Assembly (NCBI GenBank): GCA_964035545.1
Contig: OZ037765.1
Coordinates: 4,350,698-4,414,697 of the forward strand
Origin: Bugula neritina
Lineage: Eukaryota > Animalia > Bryozoa
Direction: 5' to 3'
Length of the DNA: 64,000 bases
Part shown: positions 13,901 to 26,663 of the stretch, one piece after another
How positions within the stretch are numbered: the stretch's first letter is position 1
How the letters are laid out: each line of letters starts with the position of its first letter
Notes under the pieces: generated by a model
Databases searched by the model: none
The model's input: the letters and a program-made list of their open reading frames with translations, nothing else
Told to the model about the DNA's origin: nothing
Made by a program: the position numbers and the translations under genes

Positions 13901-16900
13901 GTAAAAGATATACTAACCACAAAACTCAACTGGACACCACCCATCACTGTACTATATTATATAATATATACATGTCTAAATTTCAAGCTGTTTTACAACT
14001 ATAGATGTACATCAGCTAGTTAACTAAAAGAACTATAAAATTACATAACGAAGTACCTAATGGTGTATCAGTCAGGTCAGCTATCTGTCTGCCACTCAAC
14101 TTCAGATGTTTTCTTGTCACTTGCCATGGTTCTGTTGGTTGTTGTCTTCCCTTCGAGCTTTGAGGGCGGCTTGTAGCCTGCTTTCTAGCATAACTGAACA
14201 TCTCAGTCTACAACAGATACAATAGAGTGCATATTAAGAATTGACAACAGGCTAGAAGTCAGATAAGAGCATTAAACAAATTGCTTCAAAGGTATAATGT
14301 GACCAACAAGCTTATCAATAACAACTGCTGTTAACACAATAAAGCCAGTAAAAAATACAACATTATTATCTTAAAGCTTTACATATGTTACTAAACAAGT
14401 CCAGAAACCACAACTCTTACTATTTTAGACTCTGAGATTCTCTCCATTACACCATTTTCAGGTTCCGATTTAACTTTTTTTTCGGCCAGACACTTTCCGG
14501 CAGCAAGGAATGCTGACATCTTCTGTCTCACATTCAACTGATCACTAGTCAATTCTCTGGCTTTCTTCTGCTGTGCAACCCAAATTAGCCATTGCATTAA
14601 GTATTTCTGTAGCAGATGTCTCTCATAGTGGGTGGAGCTCTGATGTAACTTCCTGTGATCTTCTAACAGACTATTTTCATGCTGCAACTTCATCCTTTCC
14701 AGTGCTCTTTCTCTAGTAAAATGCCTCCATGCATTCCAAGACCTAAATAGACATTTCCAATCCGCCACTGCTCTTGCCTTGCCTAGTTGCACTCGTCTCT
14801 CCATAACAACATCAAACCAACTGTTGAAATATCTTTTCATCAACTGTAAAAAAAATTTCAAGCAATATCATTAATAATGCAAATGGTAAACAGGCTAACA
14901 TAATTCACATCAGCTCAATATTATAATGTCTTGTATTATAATGTCTTGTATTATAATGTCTTGTATTATAATGTCTTGTATTATAATTTATAATGTCTTG
15001 TATTATAATGTCTTGCATTATAATGTTTTGTATTATATTGTATTATGTTTTATAAAAATCTAATTACTTTATAATACACTGCAATCCATTACCTTATAAT
15101 ATATTTTAATATATCGAATCATATAGAAAAGTAAAAACAATTTGTTAATAAAAGTAGCACTCTGTCCACTCTTAAAACTAAAACCATCATAAAATTGTAG
15201 GACAAAAATTGTGACGATGCAGAACAGTAACAAATGAAAAACATTTACCTTTAGGTTGTAAGACACAAATCTAGTTTCTGCAGTCTCGATAGCTTTGACT
15301 ATCTTCTTCTTTCTTTCATTGTCCTGAGCTAAACTTGTGATATCAGATGCAGCAAGGCTAGGGGTTGGTTGTTGCTCTCTTGACTGTTTTGTTTGTTCTT
15401 TAGCCACTTGGGCAATCCGCCTTTCTAACTCTCTTTCTTCTTCCCTGCACAGGAATAGGGTCTTGCTATAACATGATATTAGGTAAAATCATAAACAACA
15501 CAGTATATTTTTAATCTAACAATATCTACATACTGCTTTCTAACTTGAGCTTTTCTCTCTTCTTGCAACTCTTTTTTTATTCTCGCCATTTCCTTTTGAA
15601 TTTCCATCTCATCTTGCTTTGCCTTTAATGCTGCTTTTCTTCTCTCCTAAATTACACCATAGAATTATTGTACAAACAACTACGATGGCCCAATGAGAAA
15701 TTTCTCAACTTAAAATGTGATGAAACAAGCAATACCTCAGCTGCCTTCTGCTTAGCTATGCTAGCCTTCTCTTTTCTAGAAGCTTCTTCTTCCTTTTTCT
15801 TTAGAAAATCTAACCTTCTTTTCTCTCTCGTTTCTTTAACCTATTGAACAAGCAATCACGATTACTCATATGCCATCTTTAAGGATGAAAGCATGTAATA
15901 AACTGTTGGCGCGCATGCATACCTGATTCTGGCGAATTTGCATTTTTACAGCAGGATCTCTCTTTGGCTGAGTAAATGTTGGCTGGCCACCTATATCACC
16001 AAGGTCTCTAAGAAACTCTGGTTTTACCACTTCTTTTCTTCTTAGTTCTTCTAGAATATTCTCTGTAGCAAGATCCTCATTATAACTTTCTAGGTTCATC
16101 AGTCGATCATATTCTACAGCAAAGAATTTTATAAAACATGTACCCTATTGACAATACTGCAAAAATATAAACAATACAATATATAACTAAAATTTTCTTT
16201 AACCTGACATGCAATATATATATGAATGTATTCCATGCATCAGTTGTTTTTACCTACAGATTTGCACAATGACTTTAAAATGAAAATTAAGTCCTTTTGT
16301 AAATGTTTCAATTTTGCCCTTGTTGTATAAACACAGTTTAATATTTATTTTGTATTTTTAACTAGATATGCTCCCAAGTATTTGACAGATATGTAACGTT
16401 ACCTTCCATTGATATTGCTCCTGCATCAGTTTGTTGAATTATATTTTGAATGGAGGGTTCAAATTTGGAATCATTTACATTCTCTTCATCAGACCATATA
16501 GCAGCTTCTGTGGTGTGATCATCCAATACAGTCAGTTGATCTTTAACCCAATCATTAAGAAGTTCTTGCGCTACAAGTTTTAGTAAACCACTCAAGTAGT
16601 AAGTAAAAACTAGTACTTTTCAATAGATTTTTTGTTTGGAAACAGTTGCATTGAATGAAACCACAACCATAAGTTAATGCAAATGGCAACCACAACTTTA
16701 TCGTAAGAGCATCCATTTGCATAACGTGAAGTAATGATAATGCAGTGATTGTAGCTATTATTTAATTCATTGGTCATCATTCACCATGACCAACCTTCTT
16801 CATATGCAGCATCATGGTCATGAAGTTGGTCCACAGTCTGTAGGATAGAAGCTTTGGTAGACTTTCCTACTCTAGCTTTTCCAAAAGCTTGAGCAGCAGC

Positions 16901-18177
16901 AAAATCAGATGCATTTTCAACTTTCTAAAACATTGTTGAACTAATAAAGTCAAAAGTTCTGCTCTCCAATGAACATGCTTTGTATGCTTGTGCTTACACC
17001 TACTGCAAAAAATAGCAACTGCATTTAGTTATTCTTTATTTAAGAAAATGCAAACTTGGCACAACATTCTTATACTACTTTCAATACAACAACTAATTAT
17101 TATTGCTACCAAGCATAAAAAATGAAACTAGTACAAAAATAATATCAAATTCTAATCAAAGCACGAGTTGGCTACACATTGCAAAAATTACTTGAGTTAT
17201 AACTGATGCTGGTTACTTGTGTTTCTAATAACTGATGCTGGTTACATGAGTTTCTATTCTTACAGTTAAATCATCAATAGTTTGAAAATATAATGCATGC
17301 ATACAAGTTCAAGGAGTGCAATGAAAAAATGATATTATTTTTCTAAAAGCTATATTTACAAACTTGCCTTAATCCATTGTTCTATGTCATCTGTAACACT
17401 CTCATTTTTAATCTACAAGAAAATCACATTTCCATAAACCACCTACTGGTTATAATGGCTGTTGTTTATATATTAGTCAATATTTTATATGGTGACATCA
17501 ACATGAGTAGTCCAACTCAATAAGTTGTACATCAGAAATAGTTTAATATATCCGGATTATAAGACCTCTTATATTGTAATAATAAACAAATTTTAGTTTT
17601 GAATGCTGGTGTAATAACACAAATTTAAAATATAAAATTGACATTTGACTAAACAAACTGATACAGAAGACTGCTGAACAGCTGCAGTGATAAAGGGAAA
17701 TCTCAAAAGCAAAGTGATATTATTTTAGCATGCACACCTATTAGTAAATAAAAAAATAACCAATTAAAATCAAATTAAATTTGTATTTTAGCAAAGACTT
17801 ATTATCATTAGTTTGTAGTTGATCTAAATAGAATAAATATTTTTTGCGTTTGACTTTCATTAAATATTGTTATTTCCATTCATTTATTTTTCAAAGTAAC
17901 AATTGGTTTATTTTCAATAAGATGAATAAGTTTAATATCAACACAGTATGAGTATCTGCAACTCCTTTCGAACAACTATTTAGCAAACATTGCAAAAGAT
18001 AATTATAATTGTAAAAGATATTATAATACTAAATATAAAACAATACTCGTACTCGTAGTTAACTGAGTACGTAATACGTATAGTCATACTGATAGTGATA
18101 CATACTCGAGCTGGTCTTTTTACTTTGGAGGTTATTCTTTGCCACTTATACAAATCAGAATGTGCAACAGACTCCAT
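10990..18177 (-). CDS. CCDC191: Coiled-coil domain-containing protein 191 homologue (multi-exon)
   Basis: Exons include 18106-18177, 17368-17412, 16795-16924, 16403-16570, 15923-16113, 15736-15840, 15534-15646, 15249-15444, 14421-14843, further exons between ~14200 and ~11220, and last exon 10990-11122. N-terminal IEQWIKKVENASDFAA...QLHDHDAAYEEAQELLNDW and C-terminal MRKRVASLIPDFGS* match recalled CCDC191 features; Sfi1-like W-repeats (FRSWNAW, LMQWLIW) are present. Confidence 0.85.
14918..15040. repeat. 15-bp minisatellite in a CCDC191 intron
   Basis: TTATAATGTCTTGTA repeated about 7 times. Confidence 0.9.
16632..16752 (+). repeat. Dispersed ~120-bp repeat, copy 1 (probable transposon fragment)
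   Basis: Aligns with 45185-45300: GTTTGGAAACAGTTGCA..AATGAAACCACAA.CATAAGTTAATGCAAA..GCAACCACAA...TAAGAGCATCCATTTGCA...TGCAGTGATTG. Confidence 0.8.
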
Positions 18178-18282
18178 TGCCAATAATTTTCACAAAAAAT
18201 AAAATACGACTAAAATTGTTACAAATGAAATTTACAAAGAACTAAAAAGCGATGACTGCAGACGATTCAAAGTGCCCTTAAT

Positions 18283-18292
18283 CCGCCATGTT
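18283..18292 (-). promoter_or_regulatory. YY1-type motif upstream of the CCDC191 start
   Basis: CCGCCATGTT matches the CCGCCATNTT consensus. On the transcript strand it reads AACATGGCGG, about 110 nt upstream of the ATG. Confidence 0.45.
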
Positions 18293-18866
18293 GTGTACCA
18301 TAGATATAGCCCCGCAAAGTACAGCATTCAAAAGCTGGAAAATTGTAGTTACGTATAATTGTAGTTTTATGAAAATGTTTTGTGAACAAATTATCAAAGT
18401 AAATAACATTTTGAATTAAAAGCTAAAATTCAATCAAAGATACAATAATCATTTTAGTCTCAAAGCTTTAGTCGTGTAGACAACTCCAAATTGTTGTGTT
18501 AATTTAATATTGAAATGCTTCTATTGATCTTTATTTTACTAAACCTTATGGTGACGTTAAGCTGTTTGGCTTGAATTTGTTATAAGTTTTTGTTCTTTTA
18601 ACTAAATTGTATTTTTGTAAACCATCAAATCAGAAAGCAAGTAATTGGTAGAGTATAATAAACATGGTTAAGAAAAGATGACTCCATAGAAAGTCTACAA
18701 TACAACTAAAATACAAATAATTACACTATGACTGGCAATAAGAGTTTTATATGTAATAAAAACATTCTGAACTATAAAATACATTTTACTGCAAAAATTC
18801 TAAAATAATAATTAGCTCACAAATATTTTAGGACAGTCAGTGTGTTTGGAATTGAAAATCGTTAAA

Positions 18867-21800
18867 TTACAGAAGCTCTTTTAATCCTATGCATAGCTTA
18901 CTGATGTCTTCAACTAGTTCATGGTCATGACTAAAATGCAGAGTATACACTGATTTAGCCTTGGTGGCAAAGGAGAGAGCCTTGGAGCGATCTCCTGCAT
19001 TATATAACACCTCTGAAATCTTGTGATACTCCCTGCCAAGCTCAATACTACCTTCATCATATATCTTCTCAAGAATATCAATACTAGCCATCAGTTTCTC
19101 TGCACTTAAATTCCTATTGCCTAGAACAAAACATCAGTGATACCCTGTAAATCTTGTAAAAACTCTATATCTTCTGAACATTGATTCAGCCTTTCACTCA
19201 ACGGAGAACCTGATGGCTTATGGCTCACCTGTGACAACATGTCACTTTCTTATAACATGCCACTCTCATGTCAATTTATTTCACCCAAATGTCACATCAC
19301 TTCACATCACAATAATTTCATGTCACATCAAATCATAGCATTTCTCTAACCTATTTCAGAATGGTAGTAGGCCTCCCTGTCAAGCAGTTCAGCGATCTCT
19401 ATACTGTTTTTATGCACAACACCACTGGCTAGAGCTTCTCTAGCTTTTCTAAGAGCCTTTATTGCTACAGTCACATAAACACTTTTATGCAATATACAAT
19501 AAAAATGCACAAGTTGCAAGATTTCTACTTTGCAGCCTGAAATGATAGGATGTGTAAAAGTTCATTACCATCAAGAAATATCAACATTAGAAATGTTCAA
19601 AATGGATTTCTACTACTAAAATTTGACTTTTGAAGCATTTGGAAAAATGAAAAATACGGCTATGGAGACCAGAACTGTGATAAAAAGAAAAACATTTTCA
19701 GGCAGCAGCATTGTGAACACTAAAGATTGGCGTTGAAATGTTGAATTGTGTTAAAACATGTATTTAAAAAAGTACATCACAATGCCTATATTTTCAAGAA
19801 ACACCCTAACTACCCAGATTGTTTTGAACATGTTAATTAGGTTACTAGCTTTTTAAAAACGACTGTCCTTTTCATGAAAACGATTTTAATCACTTGTTGA
19901 CAAGTTTTCTTGTATCTCCTATAAAATTACTTTTAGTATCTTTATATGCAGATCCCCTACTAAGTTATAGAAGCATGTAAAATGGCATACATTATCAGCA
20001 AATTTCACACTGACAATCTCAAAACAGCTAATGGAGCTGAGAATTGGGTGTGGAGTGCGAGCACGTACCCTGAGCAGGAGAAAGAGCTTCAATGCCATCT
20101 AACAGCCGTCTATAGTCTATGAGCTGAGCCACCTGGCGACTTGCATCATACTCCACGTGACAGTCGTGACATCTGGCTCTGGACTCACTGACCAACAAGG
20201 CACGACCTTGACACTCCACGCAACACAGGCACTACAACAGGCAATACAGACACTACAATACACAATACAGGCACTACAACAGGAAATACAGGCACTGCAA
20301 CAGGAAACACAGGCACTACAACAGGTGAATAATGTAAAAAAAGTACAACAAACTGTATGCGTATGGAGTATGAGATGCACAAATCTGACTGCTTTAATAG
20401 ATAATATAACAGCTGCAAAAACTAACGCCTGTCAAGAGTTTCTATCCTAGTAAGAAACTCCGGTAGGGAGGGCTAAGACCCGTCCCTCACCATAAAGAAG
20501 GCTAAAGATGGTCCCTAAGGCTAAGACTTGTCCCTTACCATGCTGGCAACATGGTTTGAGAGGTTCAGCTTGCAGCACAGGAGTAACTATTACCAGATAG
20601 TAGATACTCTTCCTGCACCACCAATCACCTTACTGGGTATCAAACCCATGACATGGCTCTAGCGCTCTACTCACTGCACTACAACTGCTCCCTACAGATC
20701 AACTCCACAACAGAGAGCTATATAACTGAATACACTAAAATGGTGTTGCTAGCATAGCCCGAGGTCTTATGTGTTTAGTGACCAGTTTCTGAGTGCTGAG
20801 GCGATTGAGTTGATATTCCCACATGTATCAGAGTACAATGCACTGAGAATGTTTGTTGTTGGAAACAAATTGTGTATATAAATGCTGAGAGTTAACCTTG
20901 TAAAATGAAATTGACTCTTCCTGTTTACACGGGACACAGTCGCAGTCAAAGTAGTACTGAGTCTTGAGAGACTTCTGTCTTTCTGACTTTTCCATCTTCC
21001 TGTGTTGTGGACCTACATGTATACAAACATCAGCCTACATGTATACAAACATCAGTCTACATGTATACAAACATCAGTCTACATGTATACAAACATCAGC
21101 CTACATGTATACAAACATCAGCCTACATGTATACAAACTCAGTCTACATGTATACAAACATCAGTCTACATGTATACAAACATCAGCCTACATGTATACA
21201 AACATCAGTCTACATGTATACAAACATCAGCCTACATGTATACAAACATCAGCCTACATGTATACAAACATCAGTCTACATGCATACAAACATTAGAATA
21301 TACAAGTACACAGCCAGCAACGGCTGAGTTTCACATTTTGTAATTCCAGGATCAACAACAAATTACAGGTTTTGGACATGTCCCCCCCCCCACATAAAAG
21401 GAGGGCATCAGACATGCCCCCTACATATGAGGAGTGTATCAGACATGCCCCCTACATAGAAGGAGTGTATCAGATATGCCCACCACATAGAAGGAGTGTT
21501 CCAGACATGCCCCCTACATATGAGGAGTGTATCAGATATGCCCCCTACATAGAAGGAGTGTATCAGATATGCCCACCACATAGAAGGAGTGTTCCAGACA
21601 TGCCCCCTGCGTAGAAGGAGTGTATCAGACATGCCCCCTACATAGAAGGAGTGTATCAGATATGCCCCCTACATAGAAGGAGTGTATCAGATATGCCCAC
21701 CACATATGAGGAGTGTATCAGACATGCCCCCTACATAGAAGGAGTGTACTAATAGAACAGAGTAGAGCCCCAACTTTCACTCACCATAACAATTGCATAC

Positions 21801-22194
21801 TTCGGCTCCAATCTTCAAGTCTACTGAATTCTTCACCACCAAAGAAGAGCCAACAAAGCTAGAATTATATTATCATGTTGTATACATAGATACATTACAT
21901 ATGCAATACATATACATTACATATGCAATACATATACATTACATATGCAATACATATACATTACATATGCAATACATATCCATTACATACATGATTGCCA
22001 AGGGGATAACCTAGTTTTATATAATAGATTGGGCCTGCATGATATAACATACATGTAATACTTTAGACAGATCACATGTAGAAGGATAGACACAACAGTG
22101 CAACTGTCATCCACTACTGCTGCTACCAATACTGTTGCTGCAGCTGTTATTAATGCTGCTGCTGCTATTGCTGCTGCTGCTGCTACTACTACCA

Positions 22195-22234
<40 letters not shown>

Positions 22235-22275
22235 CACTACTACTGCTACTACTACTACTACTACTACTACCACTA

Positions 22276-22312
<37 letters not shown>

Positions 22313-25300
22313 CACTACTACTGCTACTACTACTACTACTACTACTACCACTACTACTACGACTACTACTGTCATTGTTACTGTTACATTGTATATCAGC
22401 AATGAGATACTGACTATAACAGTTGATGACTCACCTGGCTGTAATATTTGGTTTGCAGGAATGATTCATAAGACTGGCTGTAGGGTAGATGGCGCTGGCC
22501 AGTTTGCACTCTGTCATAGTGGAGGGACAACTGCCATGTTCGGCAGAGGATTCCATATGTGTTATGGCATGGGCATTGCAAATCAACTGGCGAATGTGAC
22601 GAAGCAACAGCAAGGCTACATATACCACACCTGTATCTTCTAGACTAGAAACTTCAGGAGGGAAGAACTGAGAGTCGAGTAAACAGAGCACTAGCGCCAA
22701 TGCTGTCTACAAGCAGATAAGACACTCATGTATAACATTAGTTAGTTTAATGCTCAGAAATTAAACGTAAACTAAAAGCAAATTTCGAAATAGGATAAAA
22801 ATAGGTTTTTTTATTCATCTCACTTTTAGCACAGAAAAATAAAATTTAAACATTGGATATACAGAGACTACACCAGCCATAATCTAAGCCAAGACTTCTA
22901 GTTCAACGTTTCTACTAATCTGACAACATGACAAAATTGTATCTAGCAGAATATAATAGCAAACACAGCTGCAGGTAAAATATCACTACTTCACTTCTGT
23001 GGGTATATTTACCTGCGTAGACTAACTCACCCTCTTATACTTATAGTCATCCGCAGGCTGAATATGCTCCTCATTTGGTACTAAATTATATATTGCATCA
23101 TATCCCGTCAAAGAGCTGGTAACTTGTTCCGGGTTTTCCGTTAGTCGAGATCTGTGGTCTATCGAGAATTTAGTTAATTATAATATATATTTCTCACATA
23201 CCGAGCTAAGTACAATACAATCAATAAGTTAGAGTGTAGTTCTGTAACTTTATGCGCACTTACCTAATAGTGTCTCGTATCCAGTGTGAGTTATTACTGA
23301 GCATGCAAGATGACCTATACCTGTCTAAATAATCAAAGTTTCAAATTTATTTAGTTGGACATTGAAATCGGTAAATAATAAAATCACAACTCAACTCTCA
23401 TTCCTGCCATTAATTTAAGTACAGAGATTTAATTACACAATTTGAGCACATCAAGGCAATCGTATTATTGGCTATTTGTTTATATAATAAGACTTACATC
23501 CACAATAGTGTTGAGATCTTTACACTCGAATTGGTGATAATTATTATAAGACCGAGTCTTACATTTCACTGAACAGTACTTGACTTTACAGCTACTGCTC
23601 CTACAGCTGAAACATACACAACGAGGTCAGGACAAACAGACTGAAACACAACTTGCAAGAAACAACAAAGCTGCAGGTAAGAATCAACATTTGGATGTTT
23701 AAAATAAATTGCTCAGTAAATAAAAATCATTAAATTAATCTTTCACTGGTTCTCATCTTGATTATTAACTGAAACATCAACTTAAATGCACCAGCATAAA
23801 AATCAAGTTATATTTTCACTCACAAGACTGGTACTGTGTGGACTAGCTGAAGGCAATGATAGCAGTGGGTGTTCCAGTATTGGGGTAAGAGAACCATTAC
23901 ATATGGCTGCTCACAGATTAGCACACTACCAGAGGGAGTGTCTGCCTTCACCTAGTAATTCAGAGATCTTAGGTAAAACCAGGTAAACGCAAGAGACACA
24001 TTCAGGAAAAGAAATTAAAGAAAAAAGTCTTTACAAATTAAACCAATCACTGGCTGGCTATCAACCAAAACACATGATGGTCTAGTGTATCATCCTTTTC
24101 AAATCAGAGAGTTTTAGCCAACATAATGGTGGTTTCATTATCTCAGTATTTTGCACATAGTGATAGACTGTCTAGATGATAAAAGAATTTAGTCGTAACC
24201 TCATCCCAGTGTCTCAGTTTCAATTTTAAAATTTCACCTTTACCTTACAAAGACCCTTAACACAGCAAACAGTAGGCATATAAAATATGACTGATGACAT
24301 TTATGCTGCAGAAGAGACCAGGACTTATGAAAACGATGACGTGAGTATCATATAAATAAAATTTCTGCCGACGTGTAAATTTTGAGGCTTACATGATAGA
24401 TGCTCTATAGATGGTCTAGGAGAAATATAGAAGGTACGAATTAATAAAAAATATAGCAATAAACACAGAGTAGATAACTTCTAATGCTTATTAAACGGCT
24501 GTTATAAAACATATTGCAAAACTTTTCCTTCATTATAAAAATGAGCATTTGAGTTAATAAAGAATATCCTAACAGCTACAAAACCTGTAGGTAACGGCCT
24601 TTAGTCTGGGAGTGTTTCATTTCCAAGACAGCAGATGCTGAAGGTAAGCTAAGGTGTGCTGTCTGGTACACAGTGATATCATCATGGCCTTCTTGGGAAG
24701 TTGTAGCACCAGAGGACTTCAAATTATCCAAAAATTCCCTTTCTGTAAATCAATAGAATGTATAAATAGCAGCTAACGAGATCTACAGAGCAAAATATAA
24801 CAGCAATACAAGTCATTGTATGTTAACAATGTGATACATAAACACAGAAACTACCATAAACAAAGAGGAATGTAAGCTCTTGACAGAATACCTGAGGTTG
24901 AGAGGGTAGGGATCTTCTGCTCTCTACTAAGCCTTTCAATCTCTTCACATACTACATCATTACAAATCAACATAATTAAATCAGGATGTTATACCATGTA
25001 GCATTCTATGAGTAGAATTCTTTAAGTTCTTTTACAAGCATGAGGTTTGTATAAGAACTTAAAGCAACATATTTACTGAGAGGGTCATCCTAGGCAACAA
25101 GGAAAAGATCATTTAAATGCTAAAATCTTTGAGCTGATTCTTGTGTTATTTTAAAGTCTCTCAGAGATTCTGATTGATTGATTGATTTTATTTCTATCAC
25201 TAACATGATATATGTTGTGAAAAAAAGGTTTCCCAGCTATGAATACAGGCAAATTGTTAGAACTAAATTCTCTGCCCATTAAAACAGAACAACTAATAAA

Positions 25301-26663
25301 CCCTAAGATTTCCCTCAGTACATCATCATCTTATTTACTTAATTTATGTTATTATACTTACTATACTATACTTATTACAATTACTTATTATACTTATATA
25401 CTAACTATACTATACTTACGTACTTATTTATTATACTCACATACTAACTTACTATACTTACATACTAACGTACTATACTTACATACTAGCTTGCTATACT
25501 TACGTACTTACTTACTATACTTACTTTGAAGGACATCCTGGTCATCACAATCTATTGAACCTAAACACCGAGCTTTTCTCAAGAGCAATTTCTTCAACAG
25601 AGCTGGAGGCGCAGTGTTCGACTCTAACACATTGTCAATATCCTTCAGTGACAGCTGTAAAGAAAATTAGTAATTTCCAATCCTAAACTCTTCAATCCTT
25701 TCAACAGCTTGCACTACTTTTTTAAAAGCTTGAGTACCTTAAATTCCTTCAGGTGGAAGTTCACAGCAGATCTGTTCCCAAAGGCAAGGTTTGCGTCTTC
25801 ACTGTTCTCACTAGAAACCTTTAAACTCTGAAATACAAGTGAATATGATCTAAAGAAAGCCAGCTCAATAGTAGGCAAGTGATCAAAGGTCATGACTATG
25901 CAGCTTGTTATTAAGACGCAAGATATGTGTACAGTGGGCAAGGGTGCTAATCGTTTCCATATCATGAAAATTGTAATTAAAGAATTTCTGACTAAAGCTG
26001 TGTTGCAAAAATTCTAATCCTAAATCCTACTATGCTTATTTATTCTCAATCACCATTCAGTAAGCCTCATAACTTACGACACATTTCTAATCAATGTTCA
26101 ATATTCCAGACACAAATTCTGTAACTTACTTGGTGCAGCTATTTAACTATACAAACACACTTCAAGAAAATGCTTTCTATAACATAAATTTATTAGAAAT
26201 CACAATTCGATGTCAGAAACTGAAAGATAGGAAAGCCATCAGTGCTGACTCACTTGCGTATACAAGCTTAGCGCTTCTGTGAGCTTACGACTGGAGTACA
26301 AACTATTAGCCTTTTTCCTTAAAACCTGAGCCACTTCCGGTTCACGTTGTTTTGTTGATGAATCCCGCTTTGCCTTGATCGTCTGTCTCATCTCCCTTTT
26401 TATAAAATACTTTTCACATTATCAAATCATTGACTCAGTTGCATGTGTTAATAAAGAGATGCTCTGTAATCTGAAACACTGTGTGACCTCATTGTAAAAT
26501 AATTTATAAATTTAGTAAATAAATATAAGCACAAGAAATAAATATTCTACAGTTTATAAGATCCTCTGTAAGCATATTATTACTGATAAAGACTTCTTAA
26601 CAAATCAAATCTGCAATGAACCTACCGAATAATATCCGATGACTTCAAGATAAATTGCTCCAT
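18867..26663 (-). CDS. SMYD4: SET and MYND domain-containing protein 4-like lysine methyltransferase (5' end uncertain)
   Basis: N-terminal TPR (AQVLRKKANSLYSSRKLTEALSLYTQ ~26255-26350; AFGNRSAVNFHLKEF), S-sequence KGRYLQ (~24585), MYND finger (HCYHC ~23850; CRSSSCKVKYCSVKC...YHQFEC 23498-23606), SET ASAIYPTASLMNHSCKPN (22434-22706) and EVCNCYG (21785-21858), post-SET YYFDCDCVPC (20897-21012), C-terminal TPR-like exon 18867-19120. Confidence 0.88.
20220..20325. repeat. ~21-bp tandem repeat overlapping a SMYD4 3' splice site
   Basis: ACAGGCACTACAACAGGAAAT-type units, about 5 copies. Confidence 0.75.
20425..20693 (-). mobile_element. tRNA-derived SINE, diverged copy, SMYD4 intron
   Basis: Minus strand: GGGAGCAGTTGTAGTGCAGTG (A-box region)...GGTTTGATACCC (B box)...ATTGGTGGTGCAGGAAGAGTATC core, and a tail CCCTCCCTACCGGAGTTTCTTACTAGGAT similar to the 46425-46628 and 37025-37076 copies. 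Confidence 0.6.
21013..21292. repeat. 22-bp minisatellite abutting a SMYD4 acceptor
   Basis: CTACATGTATACAAACATCAG(C/T) repeated about 12-13 times; source of ORFs 20964, 21002 and 21007. Confidence 0.95.
21375..21750. repeat. 31-bp minisatellite, SMYD4 intron
   Basis: CAGA(C/T)ATGCCCCCTACATAGAAGGAGTGTAT repeated about 12 times. Confidence 0.95.
21885..21990. repeat. 22-bp minisatellite
   Basis: TACATTACATATGCAATACATA repeated about 4-5 times. Confidence 0.9.
22110..22385. repeat. (TGC)n/(TAC)n trinucleotide microsatellite, SMYD4 intron
   Basis: Direct read; explains the poly-T/V/L ORFs. Confidence 0.95.
25350..25524. repeat. Degenerate TATACTTAC tandem repeat abutting a SMYD4 donor
   Basis: Many ACTTAC units (GTAAGT on the minus strand) run up to the real donor at 25524. 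Confidence 0.75.

Noticed and set aside
20117-20450. Cys-rich (CCSAC) metallothionein-like ORF and Gln-rich coiled-coil ORF
   Set aside because: Products of the ~21-bp intronic repeat overlapping a SMYD4 exon in other frames.
20964-21343. Three overlapping repeat ORFs
   Set aside because: A stop-free 22-bp minisatellite read in all frames, antisense to SMYD4.
21372-21750. ORFs with PPTYEEC (PPxY-like) repeats, and a superficial CRISPR-like regularity
   Set aside because: A 31-bp head-to-tail minisatellite in a SMYD4 intron: unit length is not a multiple of 3, there are no unique spacers, and the context is eukaryotic with no cas genes.
21983-22643. Poly-Val/Thr/Leu ORFs (mucin-like)
   Set aside because: Translations of the (TAC)n microsatellite, partly antisense to a real SMYD4 exon.
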